IMG/VR virus record: IMGVR_UViG_3300042922_000542
Location: 1 to 64,000 of that record
Length of the DNA: 64,000 nucleotides
Reading direction: 5' to 3' (one strand)
Position numbers and translations under genes: made by a program
Notes under the pieces: generated by a model
The model's database searches: none
What the model saw: the letters and a program-made list of their open reading frames with translations, nothing else
Told to the model about the DNA's origin: nothing
Shown here: piece after piece, positions 1-11,546 of the stretch
Layout: each line of letters opens with the position of its first letter
Numbering within the stretch: position 1 is the stretch's first letter

Positions 1-515
1 AAATCTTCATATTCAACGTCTTTCTTAACATCAATAAGCTGATTTTCCATATCATCATCTTGATCAGAAATCGGTTCAGGTGGGACATCTAAACCATCAT
101 CAGCATCTTCTTTTAATTTTTCCATAGCTGATTCAAAATGTTCTGCACCAATATTATTTATAGATCTGAGTACAAATTCAAGCAATGGTGCTTTAGTTGA
201 ATCGTATGCAGATTTAAGATACTGCAGACCTGATGTATTTTTATAGCCTATAAAATCATTAATATCTTTTTTCATAGCACCACGATTGCCATCACAATAG
301 CCAGGATCAAATGGTAAAACTTTCATATAGATGTCTAACAAAATGTGTTTTGCACATTCCTCTTTGAATTTCTCAACATCATCACTTATCTGTTGACGGT
401 ATGCGTGGAATTTAGGATGTGCTCTATTTATAGCACCACCATTCATATTATCATGTTTAATATTACCACTTATTGATGGAATATTATCATATGATTCTAT
501 TAGTTTATTATTCAT
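1..515 (-). CDS. Hypothetical protein, runs off the left window edge (partial)
   Basis: Not in ORF track. ATG at 515 preceded by AAGGAG; reads MNNKLIESYDNIPSISG... open to position 1. Confidence 0.75.
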   Translation of the reverse strand, partial: MNNKLIESYDNIPSISGNIKHDNMNGGAINRAHPKFHAYRQQISDDVEKFKEECAKHILLDIYMKVLPFDPGYCDGNRGAMKKDINDFIGYKNTSGLQYLKSAYDSTKAPLLEFVLRSINNIGAEHFESAMEKLKEDADDGLDVPPEPISDQDDDMENQLIDVKKDVEYED

Positions 516-540
516 ATCGTATCTCCTTAATATTTATTTT

Positions 541-3360
541 TTATGATTCTTCTATTAATATTATATCCGCTACATCGACCATAAGGTGTTCAGGAACATA
601 GATAAACAACTCATTTTCTTGAAGATTACTTATATCGTCATACTTTACACGGATGTACTGCTGATTAGCATCATAATCATTTATACCTAAGAATTTTAAA
701 TGATCTACATTAGGATTATTTGATTCAATTAGATTGATCAGATTTGAGATATATACATTTAATAATTTATTATTATTAAGATTCTCAAAATAACTCTTTA
801 TTTGGGTTATTACAGATTGTGCTGTTTGTGTATATGCAGTTCTATCTATTACTGATAATTTGAATCGAATTTTTAGGTGTAGATTATCAAGTAACATATT
901 ACTATCAGGATCTCCAATATAATAACTATTAGATCTTCCATATGTATTAAATAATTTGAAATCTAAATGGGAATTATTATCTAATCGTTCAAATATCATA
1001 GGTTTAACAGCAGCATATTGTTCTGTAAATGCTCGGATGAAATATGACATCTTAGCATCATCTAGTGGAATATCATATTTTATAAAAGGCATTAATGATG
1101 CTCTTAGAGTATAGTTTCCGATTGATCCAGCAAATGATAATGTTGATCTCATCATACTTAGTGGGTTATATAATACAAGCTCACGATAATCATTAGAAAA
1201 TTTATTTGCCATAACATGCTCGCTATAATTCGGATCATCATATAATCCTTTTGTCGAGTTTGTAGGCTCTGATGGTTTAACTAAGACAGCGAAATCGATC
1301 ATACTCTCAGATGAGTCTAATAATACTTGTCCTGTTCTTGGTCCATTTTTTAATAATGATATCGCGTTTATAGTTTTAGCTAAATCTAAAGATAGCAGTC
1401 CATCATCTTTCATATTATCATCAACATTGATGATAGCTTCAAATTCAATCAGACCACCTTCACTAATGGATATTGGATACATTTCAATATATCCTGTTTC
1501 GCCATAACGACGAGTTTTCAATATCATCACTATTCGCAAGTTATTTAATTTATAATCAGGGAAGTCATAAACATTACCACTTACATATTGATATGTCTCT
1601 GAAATCATATCCTGTGGTATGACAGGAGAACATAGTACTCTTATAGTATAACAATTATTAGTACTACTTGACAATGTTCTATCAATTGACATTGTTGAAA
1701 GTTGGAAATGTAAAAATTCCTGATTATTAATATATATTTCCGTTGGCCATGATGTATCATGTATTAAATAATTATACAATATGGATGTTCCTGGTTTTCT
1801 ATTAATTTTAATATAAAATGGATTGACGAACATAAATGGTCGACTATCAGTTATTTGTGGGATAACAGAATCTGTTATAAATGCACTATTACTAGTATCG
1901 ACACCGGTACACATAACCACTGTATCTCTAGATAATTTATCCATTTTTGAATAATCTACTGGTAATGCTGGATCATAATCAATAGATGAAGGGTCATATT
2001 TAGAGTCATAATATGGATTTGATTTGTATTCCCATATATGGCCTGGCTTAATAATAAATTCATTATCATCATTGATAAAATCAAATTCATCATTATTCAC
2101 TTCTATTGATAGTGTGTTAGTTGGATAAATATATGAGTTATCAGTAATAGCAACGAATTGTGAAAATAATTTACCAGATGGGTCATCTCTTCTCTTAAAG
2201 AAATAAGATTTAGTATCATAACGTTTTGCAAAATTGTTGAACCATTCATCCAAATCATGGTCTGTTGCTAATACATTTGCTGTATTATACGCAAGTTTAA
2301 CATCATCTCTTAATAATTCAATATCTTTTTTATCAGATCCCATCGTTGAACCTGAATAACATAATGCAACAATTCTAGTATTAGCATTGTATTCATATTT
2401 TTCAGAACTTTTTTCAACACTGACTTGGGCCTGCGGATTATATAAGTCGAAATTAGCACTTTTACCATGACAGGTATAAATTGTATATTCGATTTTACTA
2501 TTAAAGCTAGGTCTAAAGAAACTTTTTGATGCCGAGAAACTCAATCTGATGATATTGTCATCATAAAAACTATAAAACGCAAAAGGATTTTGTTCTGGAT
2601 CACTATATTGTATTTTAAGTTTCATTGGTAAACGTTCACCAGTAGGAGTAATATAAGTTAAATCTATTCCTGCTATCTGATCAGTCCATGTAATATCTAC
2701 ATCTGAGTTTGTAGTAACAAGGTTGTCTGATAATGTTTCTTGATCTATTTTCCTATCAAATTCTTGTAGTGTAACAAATAGCACAACCCAGCCATTATTA
2801 GTAACTTTACACTTAATATATCTATTTGTAACAATTGATATTGAGTTTGCAATGCTCATATCATACTGAGATTCAAATGTAGGTTTACCATTAATATACC
2901 TATGATTTATTATTATATCATAATCCAAATGGTATATATTATTTCCGATGATAACTTTTGTATCTCGATCTAATTTGTATTGAAATATATCAGTTCCTGG
3001 TAGTTTAGATGAATTTTTTATAACATCTTCTGCCCATAACTGAATTGCGAAATTACATCTACTAGGTGTTGCGAAAGTATAACCTAGATCGAACAAAGCA
3101 GCTTCAGAATATATTGAATTTGGTAAAATTGCTTTCGTTATGAAGTTTTCATTTAACATCAATGAAGATGTGTAATATGAATCTTCTATTGCTTGTGATA
3201 TATATTCGGATACAACTCCGACGAATCCAGCATTTAATTTATTAATCGGAATATTGGGAAATGCTTTTGGGATTAATCCATTTGATATATAGTCTTTAAC
3301 TGAAAAATTATCAGTATAATCCCTAACTATAATTTTTTGATTATTATACGTTTCCAGCAT
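541..3360 (-). CDS. Large virion structural protein, probable baseplate wedge-like
   Basis: About 939 aa from ATG 3360 (RBS GAAAGGT; track start 3405). N-terminal 'NENFITKAILPNSIYSEA' and C-terminal 'IKSYFENLN..VYISNLINLIE' resemble baseplate wedge/J-like proteins; structural context. Confidence 0.55.
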   Translation of the reverse strand: MLETYNNQKIIVRDYTDNFSVKDYISNGLIPKAFPNIPINKLNAGFVGVVSEYISQAIEDSYYTSSLMLNENFITKAILPNSIYSEAALFDLGYTFATPSRCNFAIQLWAEDVIKNSSKLPGTDIFQYKLDRDTKVIIGNNIYHLDYDIIINHRYINGKPTFESQYDMSIANSISIVTNRYIKCKVTNNGWVVLFVTLQEFDRKIDQETLSDNLVTTNSDVDITWTDQIAGIDLTYITPTGERLPMKLKIQYSDPEQNPFAFYSFYDDNIIRLSFSASKSFFRPSFNSKIEYTIYTCHGKSANFDLYNPQAQVSVEKSSEKYEYNANTRIVALCYSGSTMGSDKKDIELLRDDVKLAYNTANVLATDHDLDEWFNNFAKRYDTKSYFFKRRDDPSGKLFSQFVAITDNSYIYPTNTLSIEVNNDEFDFINDDNEFIIKPGHIWEYKSNPYYDSKYDPSSIDYDPALPVDYSKMDKLSRDTVVMCTGVDTSNSAFITDSVIPQITDSRPFMFVNPFYIKINRKPGTSILYNYLIHDTSWPTEIYINNQEFLHFQLSTMSIDRTLSSSTNNCYTIRVLCSPVIPQDMISETYQYVSGNVYDFPDYKLNNLRIVMILKTRRYGETGYIEMYPISISEGGLIEFEAIINVDDNMKDDGLLSLDLAKTINAISLLKNGPRTGQVLLDSSESMIDFAVLVKPSEPTNSTKGLYDDPNYSEHVMANKFSNDYRELVLYNPLSMMRSTLSFAGSIGNYTLRASLMPFIKYDIPLDDAKMSYFIRAFTEQYAAVKPMIFERLDNNSHLDFKLFNTYGRSNSYYIGDPDSNMLLDNLHLKIRFKLSVIDRTAYTQTAQSVITQIKSYFENLNNNKLLNVYISNLINLIESNNPNVDHLKFLGINDYDANQQYIRVKYDDISNLQENELFIYVPEHLMVDVADIILIEES

Positions 3361-3376
3361 TATATCATACCTTTCT

Positions 3377-5290
3377 TTATTTAATTTTATAACCAAATAA
3401 ATCATTATCTTTAAAACCTATTACATCAGGTCTATTCATAAATTGTAAACGAAGCGTTGCTAAATTATAATCTCGCTTATCAATAGCATCCCTTATTAAA
3501 GTAGGATCGCTTAAAGGCATTTTCATTTGAATAAATGGTACGCCTACATATGGTCTAGCACTATGAGCATATTCAGTATTAAACTGAGTTTCATATACAG
3601 TTTTATTAGATTTACGAGATAAACTATCCCACGAACCTGGTAAACCACTACAATTATTAAATTCTAATAATGATATCGGTGACAAATCTCGTTTAAATGA
3701 ATATTTAAATCTGATATCTAATCTAGGTGCATCACCAGGACTATTATTAGAATTCCAACTTAACGCATTTGCTCCGGTATTAACAGGGAACACACCATAA
3801 TATTTTGTCCAATATAATAAGTCTGATCCATCTTCACCAGTTTTAAGTACATATACTGATGCTGCATAATCCAATGTTTTTGTATACACGTGACTATTAT
3901 TTATATTAGGGGTATCCATACTATTTTCATTTAATGAATATGACGGAGACCACGCTCCTCTAGATACATTATCAATGTATATTACCCACAATTTCAATAA
4001 ATTAATTATAGAATAATACTTATCATCTGTAAAACTAACGCTGAATTCTCCAGCAGATCTGCCAGTATACGTATTTCCATACTGCATGCTATATTCATTC
4101 CATGATTTTCCTGCAGTATTAGTACCAATCGTTTCATCTTCAATTTGAAAAGATGATGCCGCATTAGACAATAACATATTAAAATTATTACTATCATTGC
4201 AATGACGTTTATCTACTAATAATTTAAATAGTGCAGGATTTCGCATCCACAACATTGCAGATTCTGTATGATTTAAACATTGAGCTGCTGCATTTAAACC
4301 TTGTCCTCGTCTTTCGAGAATATTCAAATCGGGACGTGTAAAAAATACGTGTGTAAATGATTTATTATGAGCTAAATTCGGATCAGGTGTTTTAAATCTA
4401 TTATATAAAAAATATCTCATATATTTTGCAATAGCGTTATCACCATGTACCGGAATACCCAATGCTGCTCTAAGTTCAGTCATACTCTCTTCCAATGTTC
4501 TTGTTTTTTTATTAGCACCCAATGATGTAGGACCAGTTTCTATTCTATAGTCATATGATGCAGGTATATAATCTTTATAATTTGCCGAACTGATTTTATT
4601 TGGAAAAGCTTGATTATTTTGTATAACATTTTTATTATCATTTAACATTTCAGCTAATTTTGATTTATCTGATGCAGCTGTAGGAGTTTCTAATCGCATT
4701 ATACTATTATCTAATTTAATTTTGGTAGCGCCACTATCAGATAAATTTACATCATATTGTATTTTTTTAAACTTAACTGGAGCAATTTTATTATCCATTG
4801 ATGTTTCAGCGATCAATGTATTTAATGCCAACTCATTTTTTAATGAACCAGTTTGATGAATTTGGGTAGTCGTAGTCTGTTTTGTGTTAGCAGGCGGTTT
4901 CCAAGACAAGGCATGTTCGGTAGTTGTAAATAATCCTTGGACTTGAGGCGCCTTTGATAATACAGTAACAGCTTCTTTCTCTACCTTAGATTTACCTATA
5001 GCTGGTATAGGTTTTGGTTCTGTAATAATAACCATTTCAGGATGAATTATATTGTTAGCGATACCATCGGGCTCTACTTGCCAAACAACAACATTTTTAC
5101 CACCACTCTCAGTATATACGCGAACCTTAGTCTTTCCATAGAAATTTGATACAGATTCGACTGTTCCCCATAGTGCGCCACCTTCAATGTATTTAGACAC
5201 ATGTGTTGCAATTTTGTTATTTGTTATATCTTTGGCTCCAATTTTAATTTGTACTTTGTCACCGGGATGTATATCTTTTACATTCGCCAT
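3377..5290 (-). CDS. Virion protein with tail-tube/baseplate-hub-like C-terminal domain
   Basis: 637 aa; motifs FFTRPDLNI, EFSVSFTDD, LDYAASVY, YWTKYYGVFP resemble jumbo-phage tube-fold proteins; RBS AGGAGG. Confidence 0.55.
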   Translation of the reverse strand: MANVKDIHPGDKVQIKIGAKDITNNKIATHVSKYIEGGALWGTVESVSNFYGKTKVRVYTESGGKNVVVWQVEPDGIANNIIHPEMVIITEPKPIPAIGKSKVEKEAVTVLSKAPQVQGLFTTTEHALSWKPPANTKQTTTTQIHQTGSLKNELALNTLIAETSMDNKIAPVKFKKIQYDVNLSDSGATKIKLDNSIMRLETPTAASDKSKLAEMLNDNKNVIQNNQAFPNKISSANYKDYIPASYDYRIETGPTSLGANKKTRTLEESMTELRAALGIPVHGDNAIAKYMRYFLYNRFKTPDPNLAHNKSFTHVFFTRPDLNILERRGQGLNAAAQCLNHTESAMLWMRNPALFKLLVDKRHCNDSNNFNMLLSNAASSFQIEDETIGTNTAGKSWNEYSMQYGNTYTGRSAGEFSVSFTDDKYYSIINLLKLWVIYIDNVSRGAWSPSYSLNENSMDTPNINNSHVYTKTLDYAASVYVLKTGEDGSDLLYWTKYYGVFPVNTGANALSWNSNNSPGDAPRLDIRFKYSFKRDLSPISLLEFNNCSGLPGSWDSLSRKSNKTVYETQFNTEYAHSARPYVGVPFIQMKMPLSDPTLIRDAIDKRDYNLATLRLQFMNRPDVIGFKDNDLFGYKIK

Positions 5291-5360
5291 TAAAGGAACC
5301 TCCTTTATAAATATACTTTAATAAATACTTAAAAATTAGTAAAAGGGAGATGCAATAGTT

Positions 5361-8300
5361 ATGGGCAAACAAATAGCCAAAAAAATTATACAATCTAGAA
5401 CATATATGGATCCAGATCAACGACCAATACCTGATCATGACTACTATCTTACGTATCCAATAACTACATTTGATGGTGTTAAGAAAAATGATAATGATGA
5501 TTCATCAAATTTAACTGATGAATTCGAACTCATTGATCAAAAATTAGCATTAAAACAGAATCAAATTCCAGCAAATAATTCAGGTCATATTGTAACATAT
5601 ACTAATGAACCTGGGGTAATTGGCACTAGGCCTGTTGTATCAAGTATTAACTTGGATCCTGCATTAAGAAATAATATTAATATTCCAACTGAAGCTGCAG
5701 TTGGTGCATTGAGTGATAGTAAAGTAAATAATAGAGATTTTAATACTCACGTGTCAGATGAAATTATTCATACATCCGAATATGAAAAAACGAATTGGAA
5801 TAATATGACACCCATTGGTGACTTCAATATACATACACATGATAAAGATATTCATATCACACCAAATGAACGTGCATCATGGAATGCCAAGGCGAATCAA
5901 AGTGATTTGAACTTGCACATCAATAATATCAACAATCCACATAGCGTTACCGCAGCCCAGATCAATACTTATACGAAACCTGAAATTGATACTAAGTTAT
6001 TATCAATACAAACTAAGTTCTTCAACTATTTGAATATAATATGGGATCAAAAACTTGGTATCGCCAAATTAGTTGAATATGATGCTATTAATTGGGATCC
6101 AAATTATATCTTAGGTTATAACGAAAGATTACCAGATATTGGAGATCCAACTGGTGTGTATTTTGCGCTAGCTCCTGCTACAAATTATCTCAACAATCAA
6201 ACAAATGATGTTATTATTTATATTAAAAAACCATCTATGGTATGGGTTGAGATAGGTCGTCAAACATTAGATCCTGGTGATCTAGTTGTAAGATATCCCG
6301 ATACGGCAATGTTTGTATGGATGGGAGGACGATTTGTAGAACTTATAACACGAAATAGCGATAGTCCTGATGATCCTGGTGGTGGCCTTAATGAACCTAT
6401 GCCGCCGTATACTGTAAAAGCTAATAATACAAACATTACGACTACACCACAAGATGTAAAATATGATGATATTTTGAGTAAATTAATTAGTATGATGAAT
6501 CCACAAGATATGGCGGATTTAATAAAACCACATCTAGATATTAAGGCTAGTGGTGACAAAGATATTTTAGGCAAAAGATGGATTAAGAGTAATTTTGATA
6601 GTGATGCAAATAGTGATAACGTCAAAGAGGCTATCAAAACGTATTATTTCAATGGAATATGGTTATTATACAATCACCATAAAGGTATATATTATTCCAC
6701 TGGTGGAAAATACTGGATGCCGACTAATGTAACTGATGCTAGTATCGTTTACTATTATGAAGAAAATGGATTATTATATGCCCTTTCAGTATTGATGAGC
6801 GACATGTTCGATATATCATTATCTTTATATTATTCAACTGATGGTATAAATTGGAGTGAATATAAACAGAATGGTGGGTACAATCTAATGTATCAAAATG
6901 GAATATGGCTATCTGGTGCTAGATCTTATATGCGTGAAGCACAAGAAGGTCATGCTATAACTGATCAATATAGTGGATTTGGGATACGCTATTCAGAAGA
7001 CGGTATAAATTGGATAAATAGTAATATTGCATCTGGAATTTTACAAAAATGCTATTACTATAATAATGTATGGATCGCAATCATGGAATACGTTGGTTCA
7101 AGTGGTCAGAGTCTTATGTTCCAAGTATATTATTCACGAGATGGTAAATTTTGGAGCAGCGGAATCAACATACCATCATCGGATTATGAAATAAGTATTG
7201 ATGTCAAAGATAATGTTTTATTCATTTTCAATATAAGTGACACTACCTATTATTCGTCCGATGGTATACAATGGCATAATACTAATCATGATTTTGGAAA
7301 GTGTATATGTACAGATGATGTATGGGTTGCATCTATAAGTTATGAAGGTTTATATTATTCAATTGATGCAGGAGTATCATGGAATAGTACAATTAATACT
7401 GATATACAAGATTTAGATTATAATAATAATATGTGGATTGTAGCCACAAATAAGAATATCTATTATTCTACAGATGGAATTAATTGGACTATAACAAACG
7501 CATCTCCAGGCAGTGAAACTTATAATTATTTCGACGATATTTATTATGGTAATGGCACATGGATAGTTCGAGGTTATAAGAAACTGTGTTATTCAACTGA
7601 TGGTGTAACTTGGAATGATTCCACAGCAATTTATAATGCGACTAGTTCTTTAGATATGATTGAATGTTATGGTGAATTATGGCTTGCTAATACTTCTACC
7701 GGATTTTACTATTCTACAAATGGCATCAACTGGACAACAATCGGTATAACACCATCTATGTTTTCTACTATCTATTATGAAAATAATATGTGGCTGTTAT
7801 TCGATAATGATAACAATGTAATATATTATTCAACCGATGGTATATTGTGGTCGCTATGTAGTATACCTGAAGGTATACTTCAATATGGTATTTATCATAA
7901 AAATAATATGTGGTTTGTAATTATTATGGATGACGATGGATCAGATTTAATGCATTTATGCCAATCTACTGATGGTATAACATGGACACTAACTAACATT
8001 TCTGCCAATTATATAAATATTAAATATGTTATTGATAAATGGATTGTGACCACGTATAATGAAATCGGATTAGTGTCATACTATTCTCTTGATGGCATAA
8101 CTTGGAATAATGGACCTACTACAAATTTCAATTATTCATCATATTACCCAGCAAATGGAATGGTTGTATCATGGGATAACACGGGTATAAAATATTCTAT
8201 AGATGGAGAAATATTTCATCCAACAAATATTACAGATCCAATTAAAATGTGTTGGAATGAAGGTGGAGTATGGTTTGCAACAAAGATTCAAATTTCAGAA

Positions 8301-9107
8301 AATGGTAACATTATTTCGGTTGCATCATATTATTCGATAGATGGTATATTATGGCAAATGATGGATATTCTTATAGCACCTAGTTATGTTATGAATATGG
8401 GTGACGTTGCCGAATATTATAATGATGGCAAATGGATAAAGGTGAACGCATTACCGATAATGGGCGGAGGTTCTGATCCTGAATATCAATATTATCATTC
8501 CACAAATGGAATCGATTGGGATTATATTAATTTATTCGATATTCCTTATAATTATTTTAAATATATTTATTATGCGAATAACTTATGGGTCGCAAATATA
8601 TATATACTCAATGATAGTCAGGACGGATGGTATGGATGCACATGTTATTCAGAAGATGGTATAAATTGGGTAAAAAGTAATATGGGGGTTAATACAAGTT
8701 ATATGATACAGGATGAAATACAATGTTGTTACTATGCAAATAATATATGGGTAGCAGCTGGTATGATGGGAATATATTATTCTTATGATGGGAAAACGTG
8801 GCAACAAACTGCCAGAGATAACAACTCAATTTGGAACTTTCATATATGCTATTATATTGAAGATAGTCATACATGGATATGTAATGGTCGTTGGAACGAT
8901 GGTAATGCTACTCATGTTAATCGAGATACAGAATTGTTTTATTCGCATGATGGTAAAACTTGGCATTATGTTAACGAAATACCATTTGACAAAATAGATC
9001 GTATCGTATCATATGATGCTCATGATGGAGTTATCGTAGCAGGTGGAGTTAAAACTGTATTCTTTTCATCAGGTAATGAATTAAATTATCGACCAAAACT
9101 AGAATAA
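5361..9107 (+). CDS. Tail fibre / receptor-binding protein with Asp-box (BNR-like) repeats
   Basis: 1248 aa; His-rich fibre repeats (HxxDxxIHxT..E...WN, HINNINNPHSVT), then about 18 copies of YYSxDGxxW. Confidence 0.75.
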   Translation: MGKQIAKKIIQSRTYMDPDQRPIPDHDYYLTYPITTFDGVKKNDNDDSSNLTDEFELIDQKLALKQNQIPANNSGHIVTYTNEPGVIGTRPVVSSINLDPALRNNINIPTEAAVGALSDSKVNNRDFNTHVSDEIIHTSEYEKTNWNNMTPIGDFNIHTHDKDIHITPNERASWNAKANQSDLNLHINNINNPHSVTAAQINTYTKPEIDTKLLSIQTKFFNYLNIIWDQKLGIAKLVEYDAINWDPNYILGYNERLPDIGDPTGVYFALAPATNYLNNQTNDVIIYIKKPSMVWVEIGRQTLDPGDLVVRYPDTAMFVWMGGRFVELITRNSDSPDDPGGGLNEPMPPYTVKANNTNITTTPQDVKYDDILSKLISMMNPQDMADLIKPHLDIKASGDKDILGKRWIKSNFDSDANSDNVKEAIKTYYFNGIWLLYNHHKGIYYSTGGKYWMPTNVTDASIVYYYEENGLLYALSVLMSDMFDISLSLYYSTDGINWSEYKQNGGYNLMYQNGIWLSGARSYMREAQEGHAITDQYSGFGIRYSEDGINWINSNIASGILQKCYYYNNVWIAIMEYVGSSGQSLMFQVYYSRDGKFWSSGINIPSSDYEISIDVKDNVLFIFNISDTTYYSSDGIQWHNTNHDFGKCICTDDVWVASISYEGLYYSIDAGVSWNSTINTDIQDLDYNNNMWIVATNKNIYYSTDGINWTITNASPGSETYNYFDDIYYGNGTWIVRGYKKLCYSTDGVTWNDSTAIYNATSSLDMIECYGELWLANTSTGFYYSTNGINWTTIGITPSMFSTIYYENNMWLLFDNDNNVIYYSTDGILWSLCSIPEGILQYGIYHKNNMWFVIIMDDDGSDLMHLCQSTDGITWTLTNISANYINIKYVIDKWIVTTYNEIGLVSYYSLDGITWNNGPTTNFNYSSYYPANGMVVSWDNTGIKYSIDGEIFHPTNITDPIKMCWNEGGVWFATKIQISENGNIISVASYYSIDGILWQMMDILIAPSYVMNMGDVAEYYNDGKWIKVNALPIMGGGSDPEYQYYHSTNGIDWDYINLFDIPYNYFKYIYYANNLWVANIYILNDSQDGWYGCTCYSEDGINWVKSNMGVNTSYMIQDEIQCCYYANNIWVAAGMMGIYYSYDGKTWQQTARDNNSIWNFHICYYIEDSHTWICNGRWNDGNATHVNRDTELFYSHDGKTWHYVNEIPFDKIDRIVSYDAHDGVIVAGGVKTVFFSSGNELNYRPKLE

Positions 9108-9114
9108 ACTAATT

Positions 9115-9154
9115 AATATTATAGATAGATCCAAATGGATCTATCTATAATATT
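9115..9154. terminator. Intrinsic terminator hairpin
   Basis: AATATTATAGATAGATCCA-AA-TGGATCTATCTATAATATT followed by a T run, just after the fibre stop. Confidence 0.8.
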
Positions 9155-9219
9155 TTTATGTTTGTATATTATAACATAACATTATATGAAGCAATATTAT
9201 ATAAGGCGGTATTATAGAT

Positions 9220-10104
9220 ATGGATCGTAAATTAATTTTAGGAATAGATTATAATAATATAATGTTTGCAAGTTATTATAGTCCAGAAAAGATTAATAGT
9301 AAATTAATTAACACAAATGCAATTAATGGATTCTTCTTTAAATTAAAAAAACTGAAGGAATATGTTAATCCTGATTATATTGTAATATGTAATGATTTAG
9401 GACGGGAAAAAACATTCAGGAGAAAGATTTACCCAGGGTATAAAGCTAATAGGCAATCAACACCTTCATCGATAGGTGAACAATTTGCATATGGTTTACA
9501 GATTGCCCAGGCATTAGGATATCCAATTATAAATGATGATAATTATGAAGCAGATGATACACTAGGTATGATATCAAGATATGCTATAGATAATAATATG
9601 GATATGATTATAGCATCATCAGATAGAGACTATTTTCAATTAGTTACTGATGAAATTAATATATTTAATATGAAACATCAGGAATTAATCGATATTGAAT
9701 GGATTCAAAATAAATACGGACTAACACCCGATCAATTGATAGATTTAAAGGCACTAATTGGTGATAAATCGGACAATATCCCAGGGGCTAGAGGGATAGG
9801 TGAATATACAGGCCTAGAATTATTACAGACATGGGGTTCGATTGAAAAAATATATAAGAATTTAGAATGCATTAAACCCGCATTACGAAATAGACTTGAA
9901 CTTGATAAGAAGAATGTCGATATGAGTAAATTTTTAGGCACTATTATTACAGACTATAGTTTGATCGATATAAATATGAATAAGATTGAGCGTCAGCCAC
10001 AAGATACTAATCAACTACGAGATGTTATAAACTATTTAGAACTATATCAATTACATGATATTATGAAATATACATTGTTACACGATAAACTGATAACAGA
10101 ATAA
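9220..10104 (+). CDS. 5'-3' exonuclease / flap endonuclease (Pol I N-terminal domain family)
   Basis: Motifs FRRKIYPGYKANR, EADD, SSDRDYFQLV, LIGDKSDNIPGARGIG. Confidence 0.93.
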   Translation: MDRKLILGIDYNNIMFASYYSPEKINSKLINTNAINGFFFKLKKLKEYVNPDYIVICNDLGREKTFRRKIYPGYKANRQSTPSSIGEQFAYGLQIAQALGYPIINDDNYEADDTLGMISRYAIDNNMDMIIASSDRDYFQLVTDEINIFNMKHQELIDIEWIQNKYGLTPDQLIDLKALIGDKSDNIPGARGIGEYTGLELLQTWGSIEKIYKNLECIKPALRNRLELDKKNVDMSKFLGTIITDYSLIDINMNKIERQPQDTNQLRDVINYLELYQLHDIMKYTLLHDKLITE

Positions 10105-10190
10105 TGTAATTTAGGTACCAATTCAAACATATCTGTTAATACATAAAATTTATAAATGTTAAAAAATATAAAATTGAGGAGATAGATAAT

Positions 10191-11180
10191 ATGGCTATAA
10201 TCGGATATACTGAAAACACTGACTTGACTTCTTTCAATGAATCAACTCTTTCAAAGAGTGAAACATTTAAATTATTTCAAGCCATCGGCGACCCAATAGA
10301 AAAAGCAAAAAACCTCATCAAAAATGCACGGGTTTTAACAAATGAAGATATTGAAACAGCGTATATTCAAGTTAAACAATATTCAAATTCATTAAGTAGA
10401 TCTGCTGTTAAAGCATACGATACCGGTTCCGTAGTTCTTTTATACACCGAGTTACCGTCACTTAGAATGAGTCAAGCATTTCCATTTATTACATTTAGGC
10501 ATAAAGATAAATATATCACATATATATTTATCGATAAATATATATCTAAAAGAAAAGATGGTGGATTGGATTTAAGCCCTGCGGTGTTACATGATTTATT
10601 AATAGGCGGAGTTATCGCCAATAAATTAAAAACTAATTATGATTCATTAGCAAGTAATCAATACCTACAAAAAATGTTAATGGAAATTTACACAAAATTC
10701 GTTACCCGTATTATTAATAAAGAATATGGAATCGGTGCAGATAAACAAATATCTGATTCAGCGCAATATTTTATAAATAGATTTTTCCTGGAAAAGATAT
10801 TTGAAACTAATGATGTGCCAGAAAACATTGAACGTCTTAGTATAAATAAATTAAAATATTTAGATGAAATGCTCATAAATGAAATAAAAATTAAATATGA
10901 AACTGCAAACCCATCATCATTTAGTGAATTATTGGAATTAGTTAAATCATTAAGTGTGAGGATGAATTCATTAACATTAAAATTATTTACAGATAAATGG
11001 ATTAATTATTATTACGCACCTGCAACATTAGCAATTGACAACATGGAATATTTAATATTCATGATAATTGCATTACTGCATGGAAATAATACGATTATAT
11101 CAATTAAAGCATCTGAAATAGTTAAGGAAACAAAAGGTATTAAAATGTTACAAGAAGAAATGCTGAAATTAATAAATTAA
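10191..11180 (+). CDS. Hypothetical protein
   Basis: 329 aa ORF with GAGGAG RBS. Confidence 0.7.
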   Translation: MAIIGYTENTDLTSFNESTLSKSETFKLFQAIGDPIEKAKNLIKNARVLTNEDIETAYIQVKQYSNSLSRSAVKAYDTGSVVLLYTELPSLRMSQAFPFITFRHKDKYITYIFIDKYISKRKDGGLDLSPAVLHDLLIGGVIANKLKTNYDSLASNQYLQKMLMEIYTKFVTRIINKEYGIGADKQISDSAQYFINRFFLEKIFETNDVPENIERLSINKLKYLDEMLINEIKIKYETANPSSFSELLELVKSLSVRMNSLTLKLFTDKWINYYYAPATLAIDNMEYLIFMIIALLHGNNTIISIKASEIVKETKGIKMLQEEMLKLIN

Positions 11181-11243
11181 ATTTATATACTTATAGGAAC
11201 TATTAGATTAATTCAATAATAATATAAAAGGAGTGTTCAAACT

Positions 11244-11546
11244 ATGGCAGCAATTATAAAAAATGTAGTAATCGATGAATTTGAAATACCTGAGGAGTTA
11301 GCCAAAGAACTTAGCTCATTATTAACAGAATCTTCTATTAAGAAAGCATTGCTTGTGGAATTAGTTGAAGTGCCGGCTAAATATGATATCATTGAAAATG
11401 CAGTAATTATACTTGAAGATAAAATAACTGCATTAAAGAATATGATCACTAGAGAATATGTTCCAAATCATTACAGATCTTCTGAATATTCTTGGAACTA
11501 TGATGGTTATGCCACTGCAGGTCGCATTGTTCAAATTATGAAATAA
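11244..11546 (+). CDS. Small accessory protein resembling CXXX-repeat peptide modification system protein (TIGR04116-like)
   Basis: 100 aa; helical N-part, then 'REYVPNHYRSSEYSWNYDG..IVQI'; converges on the Cys-rich/rSAM cassette; resemblance judged by eye. Confidence 0.5.
   Translation: MAAIIKNVVIDEFEIPEELAKELSSLLTESSIKKALLVELVEVPAKYDIIENAVIILEDKITALKNMITREYVPNHYRSSEYSWNYDGYATAGRIVQIMK

Noticed and set aside
5361-9107. Possible diversity-generating retroelement target in the fibre
   Set aside because: No reverse transcriptase and no template/variable repeat pair seen in the window
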